Below are positions 1 to 10,128 of a stretch of DNA of 36,060 nucleotides, piece by piece. Both the position numbers and the translations under genes were made by a program. The number at the start of each line of letters is the position of its first letter. The stretch's first letter is position 1. Source of the stretch: Verrucomicrobiia bacterium (GTDB lineage: Bacteria > Verrucomicrobiota > Verrucomicrobiia > Limisphaerales > J093); contig JAXDCU010000313.1 of assembly GCA_034677645.1 (NCBI GenBank), forward strand, positions 1 through 36,060, written 5' to 3'. The notes beneath the pieces are model-generated. The model was not told the DNA's origin. It saw only the letters and a list, made by a program, of their open reading frames with translations, and searched no databases.

Positions 1-547
1 GGATACGGCTCTTCCACAAAGCGACGTGTGCTGACTCGGACGATGGCTCGTTTTCCGCCCCGATTATGAGCCGGGTTGTCACCTCGCCCTGACCGGGCAC
101 GCAAGCTTCCTCGCATTCAAGCCAGTCGACGCGGGCGCGAATCTCGCATGGCCCGGCAGGTGTGTTGCTGGCGATGCTTAGCGGCACCAGCAGCATTGTC
201 CGTCCGTGGTAAACGTACGTGGTAAAACCGCCGGCCTTGTGTTCTTCCGGGGGCGGCCAGAGGATTTCGCCGGCGCTGATTCCAGGCGGAAGTACCCACT
301 CGACCGTGGTCGCCAGACCAGACTCACCCGGGTTGCGCCAGTACGTATGCCAACCCGGCGCGGTTTCGAGCACTATGCCCGCCAGCACGGTTTCGCCAGG
401 ACGCGCGACTTTCGCTTCGAGCACTAGTTTGGCTGAGGTCTTAGAGTCGGCGGCCGAACACGCAAAAGCGGCAAGCGCAATTGCCAGAGCTAGAGCCGCG
501 AGCTGGCCAGGCAGCATCTGTCGGTGCCGTTTATTGGCCTTGTGCAC
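1..547 (-). CDS. DsbD N-terminal-domain-like (thiol:disulfide interchange family) secreted protein; 3' end cut by the window edge
   Basis: Absent from the ORF track because it runs off the left edge. I checked every minus-strand codon in the frame of ATG 517-515 down to position 2 and found no stop. The frame is open upstream to TAG at 607-605. Translation: MLPGQLAALALAIALAAFACSAADSKTSAKLVLEAKVARPGETVLAGIVLETAPGWHTYWRNPGESGLATTVEWVLPPGISAGEILWPPPEEH...RARVDWLECEEACVPGQ. This is a signal peptide followed by the GWHTYW(K/R)NPG(D/E)SG ... W.LP.G ... WP.P ... C.E.C pattern I associate with DsbD_N/ScsB-type domains. The start is ATG 517 or in-frame GTG 547, which adds a basic n-region HKANKRHRQ. 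Confidence 0.7.
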   Translation of the reverse strand, partial: MHKANKRHRQMLPGQLAALALAIALAAFACSAADSKTSAKLVLEAKVARPGETVLAGIVLETAPGWHTYWRNPGESGLATTVEWVLPPGISAGEILWPPPEEHKAGGFTTYVYHGRTMLLVPLSIASNTPAGPCEIRARVDWLECEEACVPGQGEVTTRLIIGAENEPSSESAHVALWKSRI

Positions 548-713
548 ATCACACGCTCTTGGCGTCCGAAGCGTCAGTAACACCACGTTCTGCACGCCCC
601 AAGACTAGCTCAATTTGCCCAGGCGCGCCACACCGACGCATTAGCCCTTTCGCGGTCTGACATTACAAATGCGACGGGCTTTTGCACTTTGCGCGCGACG
701 GTAGTGTGCGAGA

Positions 714-1046
714 ATGAAAACGCATATGATTACTAGCACTACACCGTCTCTTGAGGGCCGCGTGATCCGAGAGTACATGGGTATTGTCACTGGCGAATCC
801 GTGGTTGGAGCCAACTTGTTTCGCGACCTGTTCGCGTCCATCCGTGACGTTGTGGGCGGACGGTCAGGTTCGTACGAGAAAGTCTTCGCCGACGCGCGGC
901 AAACAGCGATCCGTGAAATGGAGGAGGCCGCCTCGAAACTCGGCGCGGACGCGGTGGTCGGCGTGGACCTGGACTATGAGGTGCTGGGCGCGAATGGCAG
1001 CATGCTCATGGTCACCGCCAGCGGCACGGCCGTGAAACTGGCGTAA
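714..1046 (+). CDS. ybjQ: YbjQ/UPF0145 family (heavy-metal-binding-domain-like) small protein
   Basis: 110 aa. The pattern [48 protein letters not shown]...[28 protein letters not shown] is typical of the YbjQ family. An alternative start is ATG 726. Confidence 0.85.
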   Translation: MKTHMITSTTPSLEGRVIREYMGIVTGESVVGANLFRDLFASIRDVVGGRSGSYEKVFADARQTAIREMEEAASKLGADAVVGVDLDYEVLGANGSMLMVTASGTAVKLA

Positions 1047-1075
1047 GCTCGACCGGCGGCGCAACCTGGAGTCGG

Positions 1076-2326
1076 TCAAGTCCTGAGCCCTTTGGTGTCA
1101 AAGTGCCATTTCTCAGCCGCCTGCATCATTTCCTTCCATGTGACCTCGCCTTGCTTGTAGGCGGCCATACGGCCGAGTACGGTGGTCAGATTGCTTCTGA
1201 CGCTTGGCGCTACGGTTGGATTTGACGCATCGCCAGCGCTTATGCACCGGTGAAACGTGGCGATGTTGGCGACCGCGCCCTCGAGATAAAGGTTGCGTGT
1301 GTCACCGTTGAAAGCGTCGTCGCGTGTGCGCAGCGTGACTTTTCCGGAATAATGCGTCTCGACAGTGCCGCTTTCCCCGTAGGCACGGCACATGATGTCG
1401 TCGTAGCCATAACCAACCTGCTTGGAACTGAAACTCACAGGAAGATCGTTCGGGAAGAAAAAAATCCCCGCGTAGTGGTCCCAACAATCACCCAAAAAAT
1501 CGCGCGTCCGTCCCCCAGTCGCGTACGCCTTGATCGGATCGGCGTTGGCAAACCAGGTCGCCACGTCGAGCGCGTGGATGTTCTGTTCGGTAATCACGTC
1601 GCCGGACAGGACGCGATCAACCGCCCATGCGCGGAGCCGGGATTCGGGTTGCTGCCGGTTCTTGCGGTACTCGGCGTCCATGGCCGCAAAATAAAGGTCG
1701 CAGTAATAGCCTGCGTCGAGACTGATCAGACGCCCTATCTGGCCCTGGTGAATACGACGCGCGACCTCCTGGTAGGCGGGATTAGCCCGCGTCTGGAAGT
1801 CCGCCAGGAAACAGACTTTGCGCGTTGTGGCCTGCTTGCTGCTTTCGGCGACCGACAAACACCCTGGCACGTCCACCGCAATTGGCTTGGCCAGATAAAC
1901 GTGCTTCCCAGCTTCGACCGCCGCGGCAGCCTGCTCGGGATGAAAATAGGGCGGACTCTCGATCGCCACGGCTTCGAGTCCTTTTTGGTCCAGCATTCGT
2001 TTGTAGCCAAGCAAGCCCGTGTACCGGCTCGCCGCCCCAACGCCAAGTCTGTCACCCGCCTCGTTAGCGCGATCGGCGAAGTAGTCGAACACGGCCACGA
2101 CCCGATACCCGCCGTGCTTGGCAAACAGATCGGCGATCCATTTGCCCCTTCCGCCGCAACCGATCAGCCCTAGGTTGATACTGCCGCCAGCATCCGATGC
2201 GCTGGCCAGCGACGATTTCAGGATGGTGATCGAAGCCGCCGCCGCGCCTGCGCTTGCCAGGAAATAGCGCCGAGTAAGCCGGCGAAAGGGTTGGACAAGG
2301 ATTGAAGCTGATTTTGGATTCTTCAC
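1076..2326 (-). CDS. Gfo/Idh/MocA family oxidoreductase with Tat-type signal peptide
   Basis: 416 aa. N-terminus has RRLTRRYFLASAGAAAASITIL, a twin-arginine-like signal. This is followed by the Rossmann motif LGLIGCGGRGKWIA and EAVAIESPPYFH, typical of Gfo/Idh/MocA. Confidence 0.85.
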   Translation of the reverse strand: MKNPKSASILVQPFRRLTRRYFLASAGAAAASITILKSSLASASDAGGSINLGLIGCGGRGKWIADLFAKHGGYRVVAVFDYFADRANEAGDRLGVGAASRYTGLLGYKRMLDQKGLEAVAIESPPYFHPEQAAAAVEAGKHVYLAKPIAVDVPGCLSVAESSKQATTRKVCFLADFQTRANPAYQEVARRIHQGQIGRLISLDAGYYCDLYFAAMDAEYRKNRQQPESRLRAWAVDRVLSGDVITEQNIHALDVATWFANADPIKAYATGGRTRDFLGDCWDHYAGIFFFPNDLPVSFSSKQVGYGYDDIMCRAYGESGTVETHYSGKVTLRTRDDAFNGDTRNLYLEGAVANIATFHRCISAGDASNPTVAPSVRSNLTTVLGRMAAYKQGEVTWKEMMQAAEKWHFDTKGLRT

Positions 2327-2365
2327 AGATGTGCGATTGTCTGTTTGGACTGTTCCCGCGCCGCC

Positions 2366-3598
2366 TCACTGAATAGCATAGAGTATGAGCGAATCCTGGT
2401 CCTTGATGAACACGCGATTACCCGACACCACGGGATATGCGTACGTTTCGTTGTCGGCGACTTTGTAGCTTGCGAGCTTCTCGTACTCCTTGTCGCTCGG
2501 ATCGAACACGGCCAACTCCGCTTGGGGAGTCAGTGCCATGAGCACGGCACCGGCATCGACTACTGATCCGAAATCGCGTTTGCCGAATGGGGCGGTCCAC
2601 AGCGTCTTCCCTTCCCCGGCATCAAGGCAGAACAGCGATCCGTTCTGAGCTATGCCGTAGAGCCGCCCGTCCTTTAGAACCGGCGTGTTAAACTGGACGG
2701 CATTGTCAGGATTGCTCCAGCGTTCCTTGACCGCGAAAGTGTCGCCCGTCTTCTCGATCTTGACTGCCTTGGTGCCTCGGCCGGCCCCGGCGTAGATTAC
2801 AGTATCCGCGTCGACGATTGGCGTGGCTGCATTGTACGCTCTTTGTTGAGGCGCAAACGGCGCCTCCCACAGGAGCTTGCCGTCCGCCAGACTCACACCG
2901 ACAATCCGCCTAGCCGTCAACGCCACGACCATCTTCGTTCCTCCAATTGTAGCTGAAACAGGCGATGAGTAGGCGCTGCCGTCGTCGGTCCATTTCCACT
3001 TCTCGTTGCCGGTCGCTAGATCGTACGCGACGATCCCGCCTTTTTCCTCGCCGCCAAGCTGCCCAATGCAAACGCCATCTGCTACCAACGGTGAGGAGGC
3101 CGTGAAAAACCGAGGCGCGGACTCGCTGAAATCGTTCTTGCGCCACAGCATTTTGCCCGTTCCCGCATCAAGACATGAGAGCGTGCCCCGCACTCCATAA
3201 GTGAGCATTTTACCCTCGACGACTGTAGGCGAGCTCCGCGGGCCGGGGTGCCTGCCCATCGGTTCGCTGGCAGGGGCGGCTTCGTACTTGTCACGCCAGA
3301 CTTCCTTGCCCGTCTCGGCATCGAGACAGAGCGCTACCTCGCCGCCGTCGTCGCGCGCAAACACGAAAACCTTGTCTCCTAGGAGCGCCGGAGAAGCATC
3401 GCCCCGCCCGACTGCGACTTTCCACTTCTGGGTCAGCTCCCCGGGCCATGACTGTGGCGGCTTGAAAGCAGTTGTTTTGGCATCTCGATTCGCACCGCGC
3501 CACTGTGGCCAATCGGCTCCAGAAGCTGGCAACACTAGGCAGCCAACGCAGAAGGCAGCGAGCGCCCAAGCACCGCGCGAGCGGGGGTTCGTTTTCAT
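2366..3598 (-). CDS. PQQ-like (BamB/YxaL-type) beta-propeller repeat protein, secreted
   Basis: Repeated W..........G..VA.D..TGKE.W motifs, e.g. ALCLDAETGKEVWR, SCLDAGTGKMLWR, VAYDLATGNEKWKW, FCLDAGEGKTLW. The signal peptide MKTNPRSRGAWALAAFCVGCLVLPASG starts at ATG 3598. The ORF is open to ATG 3643, which is a less likely start. Confidence 0.8.
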   Translation of the reverse strand: MKTNPRSRGAWALAAFCVGCLVLPASGADWPQWRGANRDAKTTAFKPPQSWPGELTQKWKVAVGRGDASPALLGDKVFVFARDDGGEVALCLDAETGKEVWRDKYEAAPASEPMGRHPGPRSSPTVVEGKMLTYGVRGTLSCLDAGTGKMLWRKNDFSESAPRFFTASSPLVADGVCIGQLGGEEKGGIVAYDLATGNEKWKWTDDGSAYSSPVSATIGGTKMVVALTARRIVGVSLADGKLLWEAPFAPQQRAYNAATPIVDADTVIYAGAGRGTKAVKIEKTGDTFAVKERWSNPDNAVQFNTPVLKDGRLYGIAQNGSLFCLDAGEGKTLWTAPFGKRDFGSVVDAGAVLMALTPQAELAVFDPSDKEYEKLASYKVADNETYAYPVVSGNRVFIKDQDSLILYAIQ

Positions 3599-3900
3599 GG
3601 TGAGAGTATTGTGCTGACTGTTCAGCATGGCTGTCAAGGACACACAAACACAAACAGTGAGCCCATGAAGGACTCCACCAAATAGAGGTTGCGCGTTGGG
3701 CTGAGCATGCTATCTTCCACACTCTTTCGCCGCGGCGGAGGCCTGGGTTGACCCGCGCGTTGCGAGGAACGGAACGGCCAGTAAGTACGGTGTCCGAGTG
3801 GACACTGGCGGCCACAACAACACTGAATAAGAATCCCGTGTTCCGCGGGATGGCGAGCGGGATATACTATGTCGCGCGCGCTGACAACCAACGGAAACTT

Positions 3901-4767
3901 GTGATAAGCATTGGCATCAAGGAATTGCTCGACGCGGGTGTTCATTTCGGTCACCAGACCCGACGATGGAACCCGAAGATGAAACCCTTTATCTTCGACA
4001 CCCGCAATGGCATCCACATCATCGACCTGAGCAAGAGCCTGGCGCAATTGGACACGGCCTGTGAGTTCTTGCGAGGGCAGATCGGGCGTGGAGGTCAGAT
4101 TCTTTTCGTCGGAACGAAAAAGCAGGCGCAAGAGGCCGTCAAGGAAACCGCGAAGAGCTGTGGTCAGCCCTATGTGGTCGAGCGTTGGCTTGGCGGCACG
4201 CTTACCAACATGAAGACCATCAAACGCTCGATGGGCCGGCTGCGCGAGATCGAAAAACTGGCCGCTGATGGAACGATCGACCATTTTGGCAAACAGGAAG
4301 GATCGCGGCTCCGCAGGGAACTGGCACGGTTGGTGAAGAATCTCGACGGCATTCGGGCGATGGAACAAGTCCCGGCAGGTTTGTTTATCATCGACATGCG
4401 TCGCGAACACAACGCCGTGGCCGAGGCCCGCCGCCTCAAAATACCCGTCGTCGCGATAGTGGATACTAATTGCGATCCGAACCTGGCCGATTATCCCATC
4501 GCGGGCAACGACGACGCCATCCGCTCAATCCGCATGATCTTGGCTGTCGTCGCCCAAGCTATCGTGCAGGCGCGCGCCGAATTCGAGGCCAAGTACGGCC
4601 GAAAGGAAATACAACAGGGGCAAGCCGCTGGTATTGCGCCGGGGAGCGCTCCGACTTCGGCGCCGGCTACGACGCCCGTGGCATCGGCTGAGCCGCTACA
4701 GCCCGCGGTTCAGGATACCGCGACGCCGTCCGCCCCCGCGGCGGTTGCCGCCCCAGTGCCTGTGTGA
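3901..4767 (+). CDS. rpsB: 30S ribosomal protein S2
   Basis: IKELLDAGVHFGHQTRRWNPKMKPFIF..RNGIHIIDL is the canonical S2 N-terminus. GTG 3901 gives (M)ISIGIKELLDAG, the usual distance from the start. ATG 3850 (17 extra residues) and the track start 3748 are alternatives. The C-terminus carries an Ala/Pro-rich low-complexity tail. Confidence 0.93.
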   Translation: MISIGIKELLDAGVHFGHQTRRWNPKMKPFIFDTRNGIHIIDLSKSLAQLDTACEFLRGQIGRGGQILFVGTKKQAQEAVKETAKSCGQPYVVERWLGGTLTNMKTIKRSMGRLREIEKLAADGTIDHFGKQEGSRLRRELARLVKNLDGIRAMEQVPAGLFIIDMRREHNAVAEARRLKIPVVAIVDTNCDPNLADYPIAGNDDAIRSIRMILAVVAQAIVQARAEFEAKYGRKEIQQGQAAGIAPGSAPTSAPATTPVASAEPLQPAVQDTATPSAPAAVAAPVPV

Positions 4768-4834
4768 TAGGCAGGCGTTTGGGGCCGCAGAGTTCTTCTT
4801 CCGACTGAATTGAAATACGCGCCCGAGGATTATT

Positions 4835-6962
<2,128 letters not shown>

Positions 6963-7041
6963 CAGTCGTTCGCGGGAAATAGATCGAGCCCACCTTAGCC
7001 GGTGTGAGGCGGGCAGGCTTGGCGCGTGACGGCGTCTCTCG

Positions 7042-8148
7042 TCAGAACGCGGCAGGCGCATCGACCTGAACCACCTCCGCCAGGTGATGCCTGCGCTTGA
7101 ACGTGACGTAGATAGCACCGCCCAGAATGCTCCAGACAAGATTCCCCGCGTATGATAGCAGCGAAAGCGATAGCGCTTGCGTTGCACCCACGCCTATCTC
7201 TGGAACCGCCAAAAGCCAGACATAGAGGTTCTCGCGGACGCCAAGACCGTTAGGCGTCACCGGCAATCCCGAAATCACGATAATCACAGGCACAATGGCG
7301 AACAGCGCCACCGGATCGATATTCAAATCCAGGCCGAGCCCGAGGGCCCATATCTGGAGCACGCAGGCAACGCTGAGAGCCATCGAAAGTCCACAAGCGC
7401 GCGCCAGCCGAGTCCGATCTCTCCCTAGACGCCGGCATGCCTCGAGCGAACGGTCAAGCACATCGCCCTTGGGCAGCCGGCGCAACCAATCTCGCGCGCG
7501 TGGCCAACGGCGTGAGACACCACCCCGGAACGAGAGCACTGCCGCGGTCAGCCCCGCGGCTAACAGCAGAAGAGTCACGACGGCCAGACCCGCCAGGCGT
7601 TTGTGAACGGTGAGCAGTAACAGGTTGGGCAACATCATTAGAGCCGCGAACGCCAGCATCGACACCAACCCGATGAAACGGTCAATCAACACCGCAACCA
7701 CCGCTTCGATCTTTAGGTGGTGAGTTTCCCGCGCGGCGTAGTAAGCTTTCATCAGATCGCCGCCTGTCGCGCCAAGGAGGAAGGAATTGAAGAAGTGCGC
7801 CACCAACGATATCTCCGCGGCTCGAGTCAACGGCAGGGCCAGGCCCTGCGCGCACATCATCATTCGCCAGCGCAGCGCGCCGATGCCAATGGTGAGCCCC
7901 ATGAACACCAGGGAGGCGACACCGGGACCAGCCCGCACCTGACACAGCGCTCGCCAGAGTTCCTCGGGACCGCGCGTCCAGGCCACGTGCCGCTGTCGAT
8001 CCGGCGCCAGCGCTTCCCACTTCCCGCCCTGGCGTTCCCAAGCTTGCCGGCCTTCTTCGAGGAAGATGTTGTGAAACACCCAGCCCAGGAGCACAACGCA
8101 CAAGCACACACGCCAAACAACGCTCCAAAGTTGGGTTCGCGTTTTCAA
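7042..8148 (-). CDS. Polytopic membrane protein, lysylphosphatidylglycerol-synthase-TM-region-like (UPF0104, flippase-like) family
   Basis: 368 aa with about 8 hydrophobic segments. The pattern N-terminal TM ... GALRWRMMM..QG..L.........LVAHFFNSFLLGATGGDLMKAYY matches what I recall for LPG_synthase_TM/TIGR00374 proteins. Confidence 0.65.
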   Translation of the reverse strand: MKTRTQLWSVVWRVCLCVVLLGWVFHNIFLEEGRQAWERQGGKWEALAPDRQRHVAWTRGPEELWRALCQVRAGPGVASLVFMGLTIGIGALRWRMMMCAQGLALPLTRAAEISLVAHFFNSFLLGATGGDLMKAYYAARETHHLKIEAVVAVLIDRFIGLVSMLAFAALMMLPNLLLLTVHKRLAGLAVVTLLLLAAGLTAAVLSFRGGVSRRWPRARDWLRRLPKGDVLDRSLEACRRLGRDRTRLARACGLSMALSVACVLQIWALGLGLDLNIDPVALFAIVPVIIVISGLPVTPNGLGVRENLYVWLLAVPEIGVGATQALSLSLLSYAGNLVWSILGGAIYVTFKRRHHLAEVVQVDAPAAF

Positions 8149-8166
8149 AGAGACCGCTGGGTTTTC

Positions 8167-9081
8167 TCAGAAGTCGCCCCACAAAGACTTGAGATGAGCA
8201 AGTCCGGTCAGCACTTCCTCAGCCGGGAGCGCGGGGTGAAGCTCAAGCACTTTCGGGTGCTCGGCCTTGACGAATGGTTTCAGCGACTGGAAGTCAATCA
8301 TGCCCGCCCCGGGGGGACGGTGGTCCTGGCCTGGGAAATCAACGTCGTGAATGTGGAATCCGGCCAGATTGTCGGCCAGGGATTCGATGTGCATGACGTG
8401 GGAAATGAAACCGAGGTTCTCCTTGATCTGCGCATGCCCGCAGTCGTGCCAGTAGCGGACTACGTTCTGGTCGAACTCGCCGAAAAAGAATGGGAAATCG
8501 CCTTCGAAGGGGATTTCCTCGATCGCTTCGCGGTTCTCGATGCCGAGTTTGACGTTTCGCGCGGCAGCTTGGTCAACGATCCGGCGGAGAACGTCGTAAG
8601 CGAGCATGATATGCTGCGTCTTCCGCAACTCGCGTCTTTCGTCAGCCTCCGCGCATAGCCGCTGGTACTTTGGCGTGTCGCGCAATCCCGACGCGACCAT
8701 CTCCAGAAGCCGATCGGTGTATTCCTTCATCTCAACGGCGCCAAGGTGGAGAACCACGAATGGAGCGTGCAGTCTCTCCGCCAGTTCGAGCGTCTTGAGC
8801 GTGTGCCGCAGTGCGCTGTCACGTTCGCGTGGATCAAGCGCGGTGAACTTGAAAGCGTTGGGAGAAGCGTGCGTGAGACCGATGGGAAGCGGACAGAAGT
8901 TGTGCAGACTGCAGATGCGTATTTCGCCTGCTTCCACCGCGTCGAGAATACCCGGCACGAGGCTGAGCCGGATACCGTGACTCAGCTCGGCGTATTCAAA
9001 ACCAAGATCGCGGATTTCCTTGAGCATGACTCGACCGTCAATATGGCGGCTCGAGTTCCAACAAGTTGAAAGGGCGTACAC
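8167..9081 (-). CDS. Sugar phosphate isomerase/epimerase (xylose-isomerase-like TIM barrel, AP_endonuc_2 family)
   Basis: 304 aa. Contains ...LGFEYAELSHG..., ...FVVLHLG..., ...KLGIENRE..., HDCGHAQ..., FHIHDV. This is the alternating beta-strand/metal-ligand (E, D/H, H, E) pattern of this TIM-barrel family. Confidence 0.8.
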   Translation of the reverse strand: MYALSTCWNSSRHIDGRVMLKEIRDLGFEYAELSHGIRLSLVPGILDAVEAGEIRICSLHNFCPLPIGLTHASPNAFKFTALDPRERDSALRHTLKTLELAERLHAPFVVLHLGAVEMKEYTDRLLEMVASGLRDTPKYQRLCAEADERRELRKTQHIMLAYDVLRRIVDQAAARNVKLGIENREAIEEIPFEGDFPFFFGEFDQNVVRYWHDCGHAQIKENLGFISHVMHIESLADNLAGFHIHDVDFPGQDHRPPGAGMIDFQSLKPFVKAEHPKVLELHPALPAEEVLTGLAHLKSLWGDF

Positions 9082-9148
9082 GACAAGAAAGGCCGAGGCT
9101 GTGCCTGCTTACGCCACAGCACTCGACCCTGAGTTGTTGAGACGCGGA

Positions 9149-9346
9149 CTACATATCCGCGTAACGGGCGGCTAGCATGGCCGAAAACCGGGCGATTTTC
9201 ATCTTGCGCCGCCGCCGAGCGCTCGGCTTCTCATAATGGCGATGATTGCGGACTTCTTTGAGTGTGCCCTCACGGTCCACCTTCTTCTTCAGGCGCCGCA
9301 ACGCCTTGTCGACGGGCTCGCCCTTTTTGAGTCTTACTTCAGTCAA
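9149..9346 (-). CDS. rpsU: 30S ribosomal protein S21
   Basis: (M)TEVRLKKGEPVDKALRRLKKKVDREGTLKEVRNHRHYEKPSARRRRKMKIARFSAMLAARY is a typical S21. TTG at 9346 is preceded by GGAGAGGAAG and gives the usual length of about 65 aa. The track ORF extends to ATG 9385. Confidence 0.9.
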   Translation of the reverse strand: MTEVRLKKGEPVDKALRRLKKKVDREGTLKEVRNHRHYEKPSARRRRKMKIARFSAMLAARYADM

Positions 9347-9878
9347 TCTGGTTTCACTTCCTCTCCGAGACCTGCCCTCCACCACACCAAGTGCTGGCGG
9401 GTATGACCATCAGGTCGAACACTGAAGCCTAGGATTCGACAACTGCCCTGTCAACCGGCAAAAACCGGGCCCAAATCCTCGCCTCAGCTCGCCACGAAGT
9501 TTGCGAAGGCCGCGAAGGACAGTGCTCGGAACCGATCAGGGGTTCTATCGACCTTGCAGAGGACTGATGGCCAATGTCTCGTAAACATACCCTTCGTACT
9601 ACTATCCCCGAGAATCTCCGCGGATTGCGGACTCTTCGCCATTCAAGAGTGTCTCCGTTGCGACAGATGTTGCCACCTCTCCGAATGGTGATCCCTCAGG
9701 CGACGAAGTCGTCCATGCAGCGCGGCGTAGGAGACTTGTTCCCATGCAACACCAGCGGTCCCTCCGACAACGCCGTTCGCTTGCATCTGCGCCGCGCTGT
9801 GTTCTCCAGGTCTTGGGTGTGAATTCGAGCTGCTCCCTAACACCTAAGGCGATTGTCAGGCTGGCAGGAACGGGAGTG

Positions 9879-9907
9879 TTGACGACGGCGAGCGGAAAGG
9901 CTAGTTT
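9879..9907 (+). promoter_or_regulatory. Candidate sigma70-type promoter for the leuA leader (TTGACG-N17-TAGTTT)
   Basis: TTGACG at 9879-9884, an exact 17-nt spacer, then TAGTTT at 9902-9907 (the T1, A2 and T6 positions are kept). The predicted start at about 9913-9915 would make the leader ORF (ATG 9917) essentially leaderless, which fits the lack of a well-spaced SD. Confidence 0.3.
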
Positions 9908-9916
9908 TATAGCCAT

Positions 9917-9988
9917 ATGAAACGAGCGGTGTCACTGCGACTGCTGGACAACGCGCTGCGACTGCGCAGCGTGGCAGTCGGGGTGTGA
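9917..9988 (+). promoter_or_regulatory. Candidate Leu-rich leader peptide ORF (23 codons plus stop) of a leuA attenuator
   Basis: atg aaa cga gcg gtg tca ctg cga ctg ctg gac aac gcg ctg cga ctg cgc agc gtg gca gtc ggg gtg tga = MKRAVSLRLLDNALRLRSVAVGV. There are five CTG Leu codons within ten codons. CTGCGACTGC is directly repeated at 9935-9944 and 9956-9965. The ORF is embedded in the alternative helices described in the findings. Confidence 0.45.
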
Positions 9989-10013
9989 CACCTTCGAGGT
10001 GACTTTCCCGGGA

Positions 10014-10043
10014 CCCCACTGCCACCGGCGGCGGTGGGGTTTT
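10014..10043 (+). terminator. Intrinsic terminator / attenuator hairpin 85 nt upstream of leuA
   Basis: CCCCACTGCC (10014-10023) pairs with GGCGGTGGGG (10030-10039). This is a 10-bp stem including one U.G pair, with loop ACCGGC, followed directly by TTTT (10040-10043). Confidence 0.6.
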
Positions 10044-10128
10044 CGTCGTATCAAAGCCCTGCCGCGGGTGAATTGGGCCGGGTGAGCGATCCCGGCAACC
10101 GACACGAATCCACAACTGACAACCGACA

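Noticed and set aside
219-608. 129-aa plus-strand ORF in the track
   Set aside because: It is antisense to the stop-free DsbD_N-like frame. Its composition (Ser/Ala/Pro/Arg/Cys-rich, no motif) is typical of a shadow ORF in GC-rich DNA.
4600-4767. Ala/Pro-rich ~55-aa C-terminal extension of ribosomal protein S2
   Set aside because: Low-complexity tails on S2 are common in several phyla. Nothing in the sequence suggests a separate function.
9432-9440. GGATTCGAC, the hallmark 5' motif of tmRNA, plus CTCCACCA at 9377-9384
   Set aside because: The motif is not preceded by the GGGG...G acceptor strand or followed by (A/G)GGG. I found no T-arm (GGTTCGA.TCC) with a CCA end about 350 nt away on either strand, and no Ala-rich tag ORF ending in AA-stop. 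CTCCACCA lies upstream and in the wrong order, at the rpsU start. These are coincidental matches.
9520-9700. TPP-riboswitch-like fragments on the minus strand (CCTGAGG ... ACCCCTGATCGG)
   Set aside because: The two boxes are about 160 nt apart, the P4/P5 hairpin cannot form (2-nt loop), and the downstream gene (rpsU) makes no biological sense as a TPP target.
9574-9916. ORFs 9574..9822(+) of 82 aa and 9602..9916(-) of 104 aa in the rpsU-leuA spacer
   Set aside because: No recognisable family. Both are Arg/Cys/Ser-rich, lack third-position GC bias by eye and have no SD. I treated the region as non-coding (see the spacer finding).
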